NCBI GenBank assembly: GCA_951406725.2
Contig: OX597833.1
Coordinates: 15,190,001 to 15,254,000, forward strand
DNA from: Octopus vulgaris
Lineage: Eukaryota
DNA length: 64,000 bases
Direction: 5' to 3'
Below, in pieces: positions 12,791-27,616 of this stretch. How positions within the stretch are numbered: position 1 is the first letter of the stretch; the number at the start of each line of letters is the position of its first letter. The position numbers were made by a program, and so were the translations under genes. The notes beneath the pieces were generated by a model that did not search any database, had not been told where the DNA came from, and worked only from the letters and a program-made list of their open reading frames with translations.

Positions 12791-13379
12791 AATGTGAAGT
12801 GTTATCTGGTAAAGCTGATAAAACAAATTAACTTAACTATACAAACATCAGATTCCGTTAATCTTAAACAGTTACACTTATTAAATCGATATATAAAATT
12901 ATAAAAAACGCCTTTTAACACTCATTTATTATCTCTTGAGGTAATCATTGACGTTCGTTATAGTATCTCAGGTGACAACTCGTCACACAAATATATCATT
13001 AATTTTGATATCGATTTCCACAGCGCTTACAGCGCCGATCTAAATATATAGGACATGTAAATCGACGCTTCAGAAATGATGTCTTCACACTTTAGTGAAT
13101 CGTGCTGCCATAAGAATATCACCGATAAGTCTTGAATTAAATAGGTTAGAGTGTATTTGATAAGAACGGTGAAATCTATTCTTTCACCTGCTAATGTTGT
13201 AAATATACAAAGCACCGATACTATCAACGAAAAGATTTGCGATTACGGCTGTTTTATTTCCAGCTTTTATTTTTATATTATATTTGTTAATGGATGCTTG
13301 CTTCAGTAATGTATCAATTATGTTTCCTTAGATAAATGAAGAAACTGTTTGCTTGAAAGGACAACTTATGTTACATTCT

Positions 13380-13596
13380 TTTATTCGTTTATTCTTTTGC
13401 TTGTTTCAGTCATTTGAATGTGGTCAGGCTGGAGCACCGCCTTTAGTCGAGCAAATCGCCCCCAGGACTTATTCTTTGTAAGTCTAATACTTATTCTATC
13501 GGTCATTTTTTGCCGAACCGCTAAGTTACGAGGACGTAGCCAGCATCTGTTGTCAAGTGATGTGGGGGGGGGGGGGGCAAACACAGATACACAAAC

Positions 13597-13638
<42 letters not shown>

Positions 13639-13680
13639 CTATATATACATATATACGACGGGCGTCTTTCAGTTTCGTGT
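13380..13680 (-). mobile_element. Family A SINE, 3' half
   Basis: Reverse complement of the family A body and tail. Confidence 0.8.
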
Positions 13681-13848
13681 TCATCTTTCAAAAATATAAT
13701 TCTCGTTTTCTTAAGGCAACCTCTCTATCCATAATGTATCGTTACAGATACATACACACACACATGTATATATGTATGTGACCTCGTGAATACTACCTGC
13801 AATTTCTTTTCCTCTGTCCTCCCGTCTCGGGATCTTTCTTTTTCCTAT

Positions 13849-13883
13849 GTTTCCGACGAAGAGCTCCGCTCGAAACGTCAAAC
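13849..13883 (+). ncRNA. Minimal hammerhead motif, U4C variant, within a ~200-bp Penelope-like tail ending in (TA)n
   Basis: GTTT-CCGACGA-A-GAGC(TCC)GCTC-GAAA-CG-TC-AAAC; helices I and II pair perfectly. Confidence 0.6.
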
Positions 13884-13975
13884 CCTCCTTCTTCCCTTCT
13901 TTCCTGAGCGTCCAATAATACTTTATTTGTTCCACATCCTTGCGTTGTTGTCTTTTTGTTTTCTTGTTTGGATTA

Positions 13976-14029
<54 letters not shown>

Positions 14030-14829
14030 CATATATGCATCTCTATCTCTCTATCTATTTATCTATCTAACTGTGTGTGTGCGTGTGTGTGTATGCATAT
14101 ATATATATATATATATTACATATGCATATATAGTTGGAGTCAAAGCCAGAAAAGTATGTGGAGTTATGGAAGGCAACTGCCATTCGTATCTGAATACCTC
14201 CTCGAAAATCTAAGACAAAGTGGACAAATGTGAAATCACCACCTGCTCTATCGGGATTAAAATGTACGTCTATACCAACAATATACAGTGCACTTGGCTT
14301 TGTGAAAATGAACCAATGCGAAAATCTGGAAAAATAAGAGGTTTCAGAAGAAAAGAAAGAAAAATATTTAGATAACACGAATACAATCTGAGAACATAAT
14401 TCTAAAATCTTGCATTGCCTCTTTTATATTCAAGCAGCAGCATCATTTTGATATCTACTTTCCGAAAATATACCTTTGTGTCTTTGTTAGATAAAAACTC
14501 TTTGCTTAGGGCAAGCCTACAAATAATTTCAAACGGAAGAGAAAATACGATTATACGTACGTACTTAAGTACGTACACACCCAAGGAAAAGATATGTTCT
14601 GCTGTGGAAATCGCCTGTCTTCTGCACTTAAACGTTGTAATAAAATTATGCTAGAAATAGGACATCTAAGAACCATTAAAAAATTTATCGATTCAGTATC
14701 ATGCCTACTATTATTGGAGCAAAAAGAAACATACCGACCCATCTAGAGCAAATTATGGCCGAATTTGAATAACTGGAGAGAGAATGCAAAGCTTTATTTG
14801 ATGCAATACAAATAATCACGATATCTAGT

Positions 14830-15432
14830 TTATAAAAATACGCACAAATACACTAAGTATATGTGGGAATCTGTGGGGAATGAAGGTAGTACAAGTAATC
14901 GCTACACGTGTTTCTGCGCTGATGGGGTGTGCATAAACGGTATAAATGCAAATATAGAGTTACAGACACACCCAAAGTCGTACATGAACATACGCTCGCT
15001 ATTTTCAAAACACACTCGCTCACTGTTTTAAGCACACACACACACTTACATACATACACAGAAACGAACCTAATAGTTTGAAAAAGCAGTTGGCCTTTGA
15101 ACTTCTTTTAACCGGTTCCCTAGGTTTTATGATTTTCAAAAGTAATATGAGTAGGAAAGAATGTGGGTTGTACTCTCTGACAAGATGTCGCTCCTTTTTA
15201 TGAGATTTAAAGATATTTTTACGTTTCGTTCCCATATGTTTTAAAAAATAGAAATCTCCCTGAATCAGGCAAGTCGTCTCTCTTTAAAAATACGCACAAA
15301 TACACTAAGTGCATAGGTGCACAAGCGGTATAAACGCAAGTATAGGGTTACACAAACGCCCCAAATCGTACATGAACATACGCTCGCTGTTTTCAAAACT
15401 CACTCGCTCATTCTTTTAAGCACACACACACA

Positions 15433-15488
<56 letters not shown>

Positions 15489-15710
15489 TGCACCTAAAAG
15501 TTTGAAAAAGCAGTTGGCCTTTGAACTTCTTTTAACCGGTTCCCAATGTTTTATGATTTTCAAAAGTAATGTGAGTAGGAAGGAATGTGGTTTGTACTCT
15601 CTGGCTAGATGTCGCACCTTTTTATGAGATTTGAAGATATTTTTATGTTTCGTTCCAGTATATGTTTAAAAAATAGAAAACTCCCTGAATCATGCAAGTT
15701 GTCTCTCTTC
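14830..15710. repeat. Diverged tandem duplication, two units of ~430-455 bp
   Basis: Both units begin TAAAAATACGCACAAATACACTAAGT and end ...CAAGTYGTCTCTCTT. Confidence 0.9.
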
Positions 15711-16184
15711 ATAGTGCTTCAGTACAATGCATGAATTCGTACATACATGAAATCATAAAAACATACACATGTACTTAAATAGCTTATAGAAGAACAGGTG
15801 ATAGCCACTGAATAGGGATAAACAAGAGGGGCAAATATACCACCACTACTCCACGTTGGGGTAGAAATGCTACCTCGCTCTGAGATATGATATAGTAGCA
15901 AAGACTATCCACAATGGTATCCGATATATACATCAAAAGCATGTCAGAACATGTAAGAATTCACGTGTTTAAAAATAAGAATGGTGATGCAAAGAGCATA
16001 CACATGCATCCAGCCAAGCAAATCATAGAATGCATTGGACAGTCAGGAGTTATAGCAGAAGACACTAAAATCCAAGTTGCCGCGCAGTGGCAGAAATAGG
16101 AAGAACTATGTATTGGTAAATCCAGCATCTTAATTACAATATCATGCATGTCTCTTTCAAACTTACCCTCTCTATCTATCTAAT

Positions 16185-16231
<47 letters not shown>

Positions 16232-17050
16232 AATTAGAGATAAAACCACTATTATGCAATTCAAACAGTAATAGACATAAACCAAAATATAAATAAATAA
16301 AATATTTTTTATAAAACATATGTCTAGATCAGAAAAAGTATAAAAATGCTGGACACGCTGGTGGATCTATTTATTAGGTATAGCCTTAATACACACCCCA
16401 TCAGCGCAGAAACACGTGTAGCGATTACTCGTACTACCTTCATTCCCCACAGATTAATAACAGGTTATACATATATTTAACTAATTTTATATTATGTTAT
16501 TTTAATTATTATTTCATTTAATTTTCTCTGCATATGCCATACCATGAGGTTATCCTGAAATAGGAGTTGCTTTTCTATTGGTAAATATCACAAATTTGTA
16601 ATTATACATACGTCGTACATATATATATGTCTGTGGATAGATAAATTGATTACATACATCCGAAGGGAGTGTGTTAATGTGTTTACATTGCTACGTAGTA
16701 CTTCTTCAGCGCTATGATCATTTGTTAAATTTACATATGTTTTCAATGCATTCCGATCCACGCTGCGTCCTATATAAAATATATATCGCTTTTATATTGA
16801 CGAACTGTCTCTAACACAAATATGCTAATTCAGCTATCCCCCCACGGCGTTGGCTTTGGTGACTAATTGCGTATAGAATACCTGAACTCAGCAACAAAAT
16901 TGTAAAGAGAGATTAGGGTTATCATCATCACCATATTGCAACCAGCGGAGAGGAAGATTGTCTGTTAGGTGCCTTCCTATACTTTATCGCGCATATTGAA
17001 AAGTTGGAAAGGGTAACATTCATACATAACTGTTTATCATAGCTAACGGC

Positions 17051-17094
<44 letters not shown>

Positions 17095-17223
17095 GTATAT
17101 ATATATATATATATGTATATATATGTATATATATATATGTATATATATGTATATATATGTATATATATATGTACATATATATATGTATATATATATGTAC
17201 ATATATATATGTATATATATATG

Positions 17224-17286
<63 letters not shown>

Positions 17287-17333
17287 GTATATATATATGT
17301 ATATATATATGTATATATATATATGTACATATA

Positions 17334-17373
<40 letters not shown>

Positions 17374-17421
17374 TATATATATGTATATATATATGTACAT
17401 ATATATATGTATATATATATG

Positions 17422-17469
<48 letters not shown>

Positions 17470-17566
17470 TATATATACATATATATATATATATACACAC
17501 ACACATATATATACATATATATATATATACACATATATATACATATATATATATATACACACACAC

Positions 17567-17630
<64 letters not shown>
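17051..17630. repeat. (TA)n microsatellite with TG/CA interruptions
   Basis: Direct inspection. Confidence 0.95.
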
Positions 17631-17635
<5 letters not shown>

Positions 17636-17940
17636 TATAATGTTCATACTAAATTGCTTGTCTCTGCGTGCATAAATATCAATGAATCTATTTATGCATA
17701 ACACATACACACGCACCCACGCACACACACAGACACACACACACATGCAAGGTTCATGCTAAATTCCGTGTCTCTGCTGGCATAAATATCAATGAATCTA
17801 TTTATGCATAACACATACACCCCCACATACACACATGCACGCTCGCATGCACTCACACATCACTCATACACACATAAATTCTATGCTAAATATTGTATCT
17901 CTGCTTGCATAAATAACACCAAATTTGGTTATGCATTACG

Positions 17941-17989
<49 letters not shown>

Positions 17990-18671
17990 GTGTACATGTA
18001 ATTATCTACGTGTCAAATGACGTGTACAGTTACGAATACATACTCGTGAGCGTAAAGCTGTATGTATTTGCTGACGTATTTAATATGCATTTTTCTTTTT
18101 CATTGTAATTGTAGGTATAATGCACTTTGCCCCACAGATTCAGCATTTTGCAAATTATACATCAGTCACTCTACGAGAATTTTATGGATATTTTTGTTTA
18201 TAATTATAATTATTGAATTCCAATGATATGTAGTAAAATTGTATAATAAATTTATTTGGTAACGCTCCATAGAGAGAATTCTACGTTCTTCTGTCATTGA
18301 GTTGATATAGAAAAATATAAATTATCAATGATGTTTATAGTTTTCTGATGACTAGTTGCCTTGCTTTATTGACAACAATCATGCAAAAACAGATGCATTT
18401 TGGGAATGCGTACGTATGTGCGTATACATCTGTATCAATATGTTTTTTACCCTTTCCTCTATAATCAGCGCTAAATATGCTTTCAGAAGTCAGTGCGAAT
18501 AGATATGACTTAGCATAGCGATAACGTGCCAACCTGTTATACTTATTCAAACATACTGTATACGTTCCCTATATACGGAAATGAGTGTTACAAATATTGA
18601 ATTTATAGTAAATTCATCTTTCGACCGCTCAACTATATGTGTTAGCCCAAATATATATACATATATATATA

Positions 18672-18967
18672 TCACGGGATCACATGACCAACCAGACAAT
18701 CAGATGTTGTTATACATCGCTGGTCACAATGCGTTCGCATTGTTTTAGCCTTCGAATGACGCCACCCCGCTGGGTAAGCGAGCAGGCCAACAGAAGAAAG
18801 AGTGGGAGAAAGAGTGGTGAAAGAGTACAGCAGGGATCACCACCTCCTGCCGGAGCCTCGTGGAGCTTTTAGGTGTTTTCGCTCAATAAACGCGCCCGGT
18901 CTGGGAATCGAAACCGCGGTCCTGCGACCGCGAGTCCGCTGCCCTAATCACTAGGCCATTGCGCCTC

Positions 18968-18969
<2 letters not shown>
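18672..18969 (-). mobile_element. Family B SINE, tail type 3
   Basis: B head and body followed by a 3' region unlike the other copies. Confidence 0.8.
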
Positions 18970-19019
<50 letters not shown>

Positions 19020-19562
19020 CATACATATTTACATACATACATATATACATACATACATATTTGTACTTATTTAATCGACGCCGAATGGATGAAAAGCAAA
19101 GTCGACCTCGCAGCTCACCTGCGACGGACCGGTTTCCCGTCCAGGTGGGGAACCTATATGTCAAGGAAACCGGAAAACCGGCCTTAATATGCCAGGAATG
19201 GCTCGAGAAGGAACAAACAAACAATTTACATATTTATTAACAAAAGAATAGGTTGTGTTTGGTATGTCTTGGAATATAGCAACGATGATAGCAGCAAGAA
19301 CTAAAACCGGAGTATGACGCAGTAACAACTGTAAGACTGATATGAGGCAAACAAACATGGCGTACGAGAGCTCGAACCATTTTTCTATAGCCAAATAACA
19401 TTTCTTTCAAAACACATAGTTTGATAAGGGGAAGCTATTCACGAAAATATGAAATGGGATTCGTGGATTGAGATACGTTTGTTATGGAGTTGGTCAAAAT
19501 TAGATTAACATGGTGCTACAAAATATCTACAAAATATCTACAAAATATCTACAAAAATAACA

Positions 19563-19720
19563 GGCGCAGGAGTGGCTGTGTGGTTGGTAGCTTGCTTACC
19601 AACCACATAATTCCGGGTTCAGTCCCACTGCGTGGCACTTTGGGCAGGTATCTTCTACTATAGCTTCGGGCCGACCAAAGCCCGATGATTTGGTTGACAG
19701 AAACTGAAAAAAATCTCGTC

Positions 19721-19793
<73 letters not shown>

Positions 19794-19994
19794 TGTGTTT
19801 ATCTCCCCAACATCGCTTGACAACCGATGCTGGTGTGTTTACGTCCCGGTAACTTAGCGGTTCGCTAAAAGAGACCGATGGAAAAAGTAGTAAGTTTATA
19901 AAGAATAAATCCAGGGGTGGATTTGCTCGACTAAAGGCGGTGCTCCAGCATGGCCGCAGTCGAATGACTACAACAAGTATAAACGTAAACAGAG
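19563..19994 (+). mobile_element. Family A SINE, full length
   Basis: Head, central microsatellite and tail present. Confidence 0.9.
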
Positions 19995-20122
19995 AGTTAT
20001 GTTACCTTCGCTGCAAACATTGCTATTACTGCTTCTTCAACTCCCCCTCCTCCTCCTCACTACCACTACTACTGCTGCTGCTGCTGCTTCCGCTTCTACT
20101 ACTGCTGCTGCTTCTGCTGCTT

Positions 20123-20155
<33 letters not shown>

Positions 20156-20319
20156 ATAATAATAATAATAATATTGGAAGCAAGAAAAGAAGAGTGCCAT
20201 TGTTATCAAGTAAACGAAGCACGCATCATACTCATCCTCATCATCATCATCACTACTACTACTACCATTATTATTATTATTATTATAATTATTATTATTA
20301 TTATTATTCTATGTTTGAC

Positions 20320-20645
20320 TTTTGCTTTATATTTGTACAAGTTGGCTCCAAGTCTCACCCAGAGACCTCAAGAGACAACAAGTCGAAACTTCATGTTGGT
20401 GTTACGCCTAGGGTGCCATATATTTGGCTTTGTACATAGTGTTGTACTAGTGAACGCCTGAAAAAACCATACGAAAATTATGTTTGTTTTAAAACTTGGG
20501 ATTGCATAGAAAGTATTTTGCGTAGGATATGAGCAGTTCCCATGAGCACTATCATTTCAATTTCTGCCACTTTTGGGTTTCATGGTATATGAGTTAGGTA
20601 GCAATCAGCTCCATTTGCTATCATTCCCAGGGCACCTGTGACAAC
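20320..20645 (-). mobile_element. 3' end of an R4/Dong-like (RLE) non-LTR retrotransposon within (TAA)n tracts
   Basis: Translation VVTGALGMIA..YL..IP*NPK..EI..IVLMGTAHILRKILS, the RLE C-terminal motif also seen at 35270-35380. Confidence 0.7.
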
Positions 20646-20669
20646 ATTATTATTACTATTATAATTATC

Positions 20670-20718
<49 letters not shown>

Positions 20719-20852
20719 GTGTTGTTGTTGTTATTATAATCATAAAAAAATATATACAGTGCTATCCCGGCCAGTTTGCTTAATCTCACGCACGAAACTC
20801 TTTTCTATTGAATCAATCTATAATTTCTCTATAACAGTGTTACATACATACA

Positions 20853-20964
<112 letters not shown>

Positions 20965-21996
20965 TGCAACCCCATGTATACACATACTACATAGACACAT
21001 AGACTCGCACACACATATGTATGTAGCTATGCATGTATGCATACATATATACAGGAATGCCCCTTGGCATGCATATAAATGTCGTACGGATACATACAAA
21101 TATAACATGGTTTAAAAATGCGTATCTTCAAATTGTATTGTTTAATGCTAACGTTTCCGGTGTAAATGTTTCTAGCGTCAACTTTTCTGTATGCTAATCT
21201 ATCCCCCTTATGAATATTGTTCTAAAGTTCGTCAACGCAGTTTATATTTCCATAAACATAAGTAGCCATTTTGAGAGGTACTTAGAACATGTTCTTCGTT
21301 CAAATGCTACATCTTTATACGCTTAATACTGATATTATAACTTAAAATTATATATAGCCACCAATAAATGCTGTCCCATGTCAATTGATCTGTTATTTGA
21401 TAAACGCTTGTCCTGAATACAATGACAAACTGAAGAATAATATAATTAAACGGCAAGCGAAATTATTGAATTCAACTTCACTGACAGTTCTATCACATGG
21501 CTGCATATGAATGAATGTGCGCCATTTAAAAAGAATATCCGTTGTATTTCCTCCCATGTTTATATTTATTCGAATGTAGCCATTAAGAGACGCTTAGAAA
21601 CAATGACAGGAAAATGCACGTTGATCTAATCAGTATACAATTGCCCCTAGAAATGTCTTAAGAGTACAATCGACATGTGTGGATGTGATCTGCCTTGATG
21701 ATTATCTTTCAGTTTCTAGCTATTAGTTTAGAAACCGTGTTCTTTATTCTTGTAGTTAGTTACGCGGATGCTATTATATTTCATCAGATAAAAAGAAGTA
21801 ATGGAGTTTGATGTCGAAATCTATTGGGATTTCATTTAGTAAAAATTCTTTGTTGGCCACAAAGTCAAATTTGGAATAATCAGAGAAGCAGATAGTAGTA
21901 AATGATATGTATACACACACAATAACATACGCACCCACCCACATACACACATTCAAAGGCACACGCATAGACATACACATATGTGTATGCACAGAC

Positions 21997-22060
<64 letters not shown>

Positions 22061-22108
22061 ATAAATGTGTTGGTTAAGGCACACATAGAAATATAAGTAT
22101 GTATGTAT

Positions 22109-22330
22109 GCGAGCTGGCAGAAACGTTAGCACGCCGGGCGAAATGCGTAGCCGTATTTCGTCTACCCCTACGTTCTGAGTTCAAATTCCGCCGAGGTCGA
22201 CTTTGCCTTTCATCCATTCGGGGTCGATAAATTAAGTACCAGTTATGCACTGGGGTCGATGTAATCGACTTAATCCGTTTGTCTGTCCTTGTTTGTCCCC
22301 TCTGTGTTTAGCCCCTTGTAGGTAGTAAAG

Positions 22331-22334
<4 letters not shown>
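22109..22334 (+). mobile_element. Family C SINE (Meta-domain type)
   Basis: tRNA-like head plus GCCTTTCATCC.TTCGGGGTCGATAAA..AAGTACCAG, which resembles the Meta-SINE central domain. Confidence 0.8.
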
Positions 22335-22383
<49 letters not shown>

Positions 22384-23089
22384 AAGAGAAAAGGAGAGAG
22401 AGAGGGGGGATAGATACAAACATGTAAAAATACATACATACATGGATTACTCTGGCAATGCTGGTTGTAATAGAGCAAGAAAATTTAAGGATTCGGGGCT
22501 AAAGATTCCTCTAAGGGGGCTGGATATATAAATAGATATATAAATGGAGGATCAATGGATTTAGGTGTAGGAAGACGATGAGCTTCAAGCAATCCGTAGA
22601 ATGTATAAAAAACAATTTTCTGGAACAATAGATTCGGGCGAAAGTTTGTAAATATTTTTTTCCGTATAAGCTGAAAAAAATATTTTGTATTTCACAGTAA
22701 GTTGCCAGGTTTGCCAGGTAGGCGAATGAAAATATAAGAGTTAAGGAATGGAGTAGATAAAATTTGGGCTACATATGTTTCATAGCGAGCAGAACCTCGG
22801 AAATGGTAAATATCCGGGTGAGGTTAATACAACAAGCTACTCTTCAGGCCAAGTGTACCTTGATTAAATGAAGTTTACATTATCTTTAGGAGGTATGTTT
22901 TAACACACGAAATATTCGGTCAGAATGCGTTTCAGAGCACGGTTTGAGTGGAGGATACAACTGTGAAGAGAAATTATGAAGATAAGAAAGAATATAAGAA
23001 GATTAAAAGTTATTGAGAGGAATAGTTAAAAGTAAAGAATTTAAGCAATGTCGTTTCACAGGTACTTTTCAACAGGGCCATTTCGGCTG

Positions 23090-23392
23090 AGTCATAGAAG
23101 TAGGAATGGGGAGGATATATCGCATAAATGGAGCTAATACCGACAGACTGGGTGGTACTGGCATCGAGCCGTATAAATAGAAATAAAATCAAATAAAATC
23201 GTAATATTTTGAACATATTTAAGATATACGTTTCGGGTTTGCCTAATATAAAACGGGTAGCGCATCCAGTGCGTAAACTTTCCTCGGTTGCTTTAAATGA
23301 GGAAGGCTTACGTAATGGATGCATTACCTATAATATATTACGCAAGCCTGATCAGTTTGTATTAAATGACTCCAAAATATTACGATTTGATT
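23090..23392 (-). mobile_element. Decayed fold-back element with CCGAGGA...GAAA-CG-TA motif
   Basis: Imperfect inverted arms ~23186-23225 and ~23358-23392 (AAATCGTAATATTTTG / CAAAATATTACGATTT). Confidence 0.45.
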
Positions 23393-23484
23393 CGACTTCA
23401 TTTCTTCATATACATACATAAATTACGTTCATACATAAATGCATACACATACACGCAGACATACACATATACACATGATCGCAT

Positions 23485-23544
<60 letters not shown>

Positions 23545-23609
23545 GAACACCCCCCCGCATACATATGTGTGTGTCTGTGTGTGTGTAGGAGTTGCATATG
23601 TGTGCATAT

Positions 23610-23983
23610 ATTTCTTTACTGCCCACTAGGGGTTAAACATAGTTAGGACAAACAATGGATTATATCGCCCCCCCAGTACGAAACTGATACTTTATTTATC
23701 GACCCCGAAAGCATGAAAGGCAAAGTCGACCTCGGCGGAATTTGAACTCAGAACGTAACGACAGACGAAATACCTATTTCTTTACTACCCACATGGGGCT
23801 AAACACAGAGAGGACAAACAAGGACAGACAAACGGATTAAGTCGATTATATCGACCCAGCGCGTAACTGGTACTTATTTAATCGACCCCGAAAGGATGAA
23901 ATTTGAACTCAGAAGGTAGCCGCAGACGAAATACCTCTAAGCATTTCACCCGGCATGCTAACGTTTCAGCCAGGTCGCCGCCG
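23610..23983 (-). mobile_element. Family C SINE with duplicated 3' unit
   Basis: Body and tail repeated in tandem; same junction as 49487-49893. Confidence 0.8.
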
Positions 23984-24502
23984 GAGTTGTATATGTGTGT
24001 ATAATAGGGACAAAAGAAGTGGAGTTTACTAGCAAACATAATCGGGAAATCAAAACGAAAAGTCGGAAAAAATAACATACATATCTATGGTGCTATAACG
24101 ATAAAAGTTTACACACTCGATAGAAATTCCATACAGTGCTTCCGTAAAAGTCACCACCATGTGAGCTTACTGACAGTTCACGCATTGTTGGCCGATCGTC
24201 ACCATGTAAAGATTCGCCATTGTTATCTAGAGATATGTCAAACTTTGTACGGCAAAATAGATTTTATGAATGCATAGATTACTTTCTCTTATTGTTTATT
24301 CCTTTGATGATAATGTCAGCGTATATAACGGTAGTTTTTATTTAAATGTTAAAAGGTCTGAAAAGGTCTACAAGGAGATCAATGCGAAGAAGAATAATGG
24401 CAAAGAGAAAGGAAAAATGTAATAAAACAATACGCAAACAATTTCCACGTCTAAAACAACAAAAGAAACCACTGCAAGAGAAAAAAAATAGCAACAAACG
24501 TA

Positions 24503-25081
24503 GTATCATCATTATCGTCGTCGTCGCCGTCGTCATTATCATCATCGTCGTGATCATCATCATCATTATCATCGTCATCATCGTCATCATCATCTCCATA
24601 ATAATCATCATCATCGTCATCATCATCATCAACATCATCGTCATCATCATCATCATCATAATCATCATCAACGTCATCGTCATCATCATTGTCGTCGTCA
24701 TCATCACCATAATAATCATCATCATCTTCATCATCATCAGCATCGTCATCATCGTCATCATCGTCATCATCATCATCGTCATCATCGCCATCAACACCAT
24801 AATCACCATCATCATCATCATCATCCTCATCAACATCATCATCATCATCGTCATCATTATCGTCATCATCGTCATCATCATCATTATCATCATCGTCATC
24901 ATCATCTTCGTCATCATCGCCATCAACACCATCATCATCAACGTCATCATCATCATCCTCATCAACATCATCACCATCATCCTCATCATCATCATCCTCA
25001 TCAACATCATCAACATCATCATCATCCTCATCAACATCATCAACATCATCATCGTCATCGTCATCATCATCATCATCATCA
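24503..25081. repeat. Degenerate (ATC)n trinucleotide array
   Basis: About 190 triplets of ATC with GTC/AAC/CTC/ATA variants. Confidence 0.95.
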
Positions 25082-25087
25082 CAAGTT

Positions 25088-25485
25088 TGCGAGCTGACAA
25101 AATCGTTACCACGACGGGCTAAAATGCTTAGCGCTGTATTTGGTCTGCTGCTACATTCTGAGTTCAAATTCCACCGAGTTTGACTTTGCCCTTTATCCTT
25201 TCAAGGTCGAGAAATTAAGCACCAGTGAAACACTGGGAGTAGATGTTTTTGACTGGTCCTCTCCTCCAAAATTTAGGGCCCTATGCATTTAATAGAAAAC
25301 AGGAAAAAAAAAGAAAGCAAAGAAAATAAAGAAAATAACTTAGCGGTTCGGCAAAACAGACCGATAGAATAAGTACTAGGCTTACAAAGAATAAGTCCTG
25401 GAGTCGATTTGCTCGACTAAAGGCGGTGCTCCAGCATGCCCGCAGTCAAATAACTGAAGCAAGTAAAAGAGTAAAAGAGAGTAGA
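25088..25485 (+). mobile_element. Decayed family C SINE followed by a family A 3' fragment (25338-25485)
   Basis: Similarity to intact copies. Confidence 0.75.
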
Positions 25486-25940
25486 GGGTATATCGTTCAG
25501 GACTTCAGACGAAAAGTCTGACAAAGTCTTTGTAAGAGACCAAGGTCAATCCTCATGACGTTTTAGCATTCTTTGTATATCAATGATTGTCACCGTTTAT
25601 TCGCTATTGTTATCATCTCGCATTGCCATCCAAGAACAATGGCACATTTGCTGAAATAGTCTGCCTGACCTCTATCAATGAGTCAGAGCGAGGAAGCAAT
25701 AAGAATCTGAAACACTGCATTTATTTTTAGCATGTACTGCCATAAAAGATAGCGAAGGATAAAACAGGGAGAGAAGCTTGAAACAGAATATAAACGATAG
25801 CGCACGTTCAAACGGCGAAACCGATATCGAGAAACATCCACGTCACCCAAATATGGACACTCTATTAACATGCGTTGAATGCTTTCTCTAGTACCGTTTA
25901 TAAGTACGTATACACACACATACAGAAACACGAAGGAAAA

Positions 25941-25990
<50 letters not shown>

Positions 25991-25992
<2 letters not shown>

Positions 25993-26166
25993 GGTCCCGG
26001 GTTGAGTCGGGGTTAACCACAGTAAATAAGGTACTCAATACATAGCAGAGTAAATTAATTTATTTTATAGAAGGAGCTTCTACAGGACTAGAACTGTTTC
26101 ATTCAAATGAAATCATCCTGATGATTTCATTTGAATGAAACAGTTATAGTCCTGTAGAAGCTTCTT

Positions 26167-26172
<6 letters not shown>
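25991..26172 (-). mobile_element. Fold-back Penelope-like tail inserted in (TA)n
   Basis: ~53-bp inverted arms (26065-26117 / 26120-26172, 2 mismatches, 2-nt spacer) containing CTGATGA...GAAA; extra ~70-bp tail on one side. Confidence 0.7.
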
Positions 26173-26233
<61 letters not shown>

Positions 26234-27157
26234 ATATATATGTATGTGTTTGTGTGTGTATGTTCCTGCTTGTGCAATTGTAGTTATATGTATGTTTATG
26301 TTTTTGTGTATAAGCGTGCTGTGCGTGTGTGAAACTGTTATCTCAAAGGAATAAGAGCACCCTTGAATTTACATTTACTGGATATGAGAAAGCATGAAGG
26401 TATTATGAAGGAAACCGCAACTGACAACAGAAGAGAAATAAAAACATATTAAACATACGATATAGAAAGTGAAAGTAACAAATTGAATGTACAATATACG
26501 AAGAATTGATGGCATTTGCAAACTGAAGGATTCTTACGTTATCCTTATTGAAGACATCCAAATAGGAGAGAAAAAAAATGCAAAAATGAACATCGAATGG
26601 TAACGGGCCCATACGTGATTCAATAATATTGCCAGAAAATGTCAGAACTAATACAAACATACAGCAAGAGGGATCTAATTGAAATTATCTCAATCCACAA
26701 GAAAAATGAAAAAAAAAAAAAGACACGTTTAGCTTCAATGCCAGTAATAAGAACGTAAAAGAACCTTATGAATCGAAAGAATCAGGCATCGAAACATGCC
26801 TTTGATCATCTGATAAAGCTATCAACGCTGAAGATTCCCAGCTAAACCTCATGGAATTAAAAGCATCCATGCGGAAAATGAATTTCCGCCTATAAAAACA
26901 ATGAGGTAATAAATATATCTATGAGGTATTTGAAAAGAATCAAAGCGCAAATATGTCGATTTATCACACATAAAAAAGCTATTTATCGTGTTACATGTAT
27001 ACTGTTATATCGTACGTCAGAATATGTAAGTGTATATCATAAAGTAGCATTTGTGGAAGGACTGGTGATAATGTAATGTGTTTAGAAAAAAAGAAGAGAA
27101 GAATTATTGACATAAAAAAGGCCCTTCTAAGTTTCAAAAGGTACACGTTAGGAAGAA

Positions 27158-27616
<459 letters not shown>

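Noticed and set aside
24342-25167. Poly-Met, poly-Ile and poly-Asp ORFs of 238-258 aa
   Set aside because: Three frames of the same ATC array; starts lie in SINE or AT-rich flank; no splice or domain evidence.
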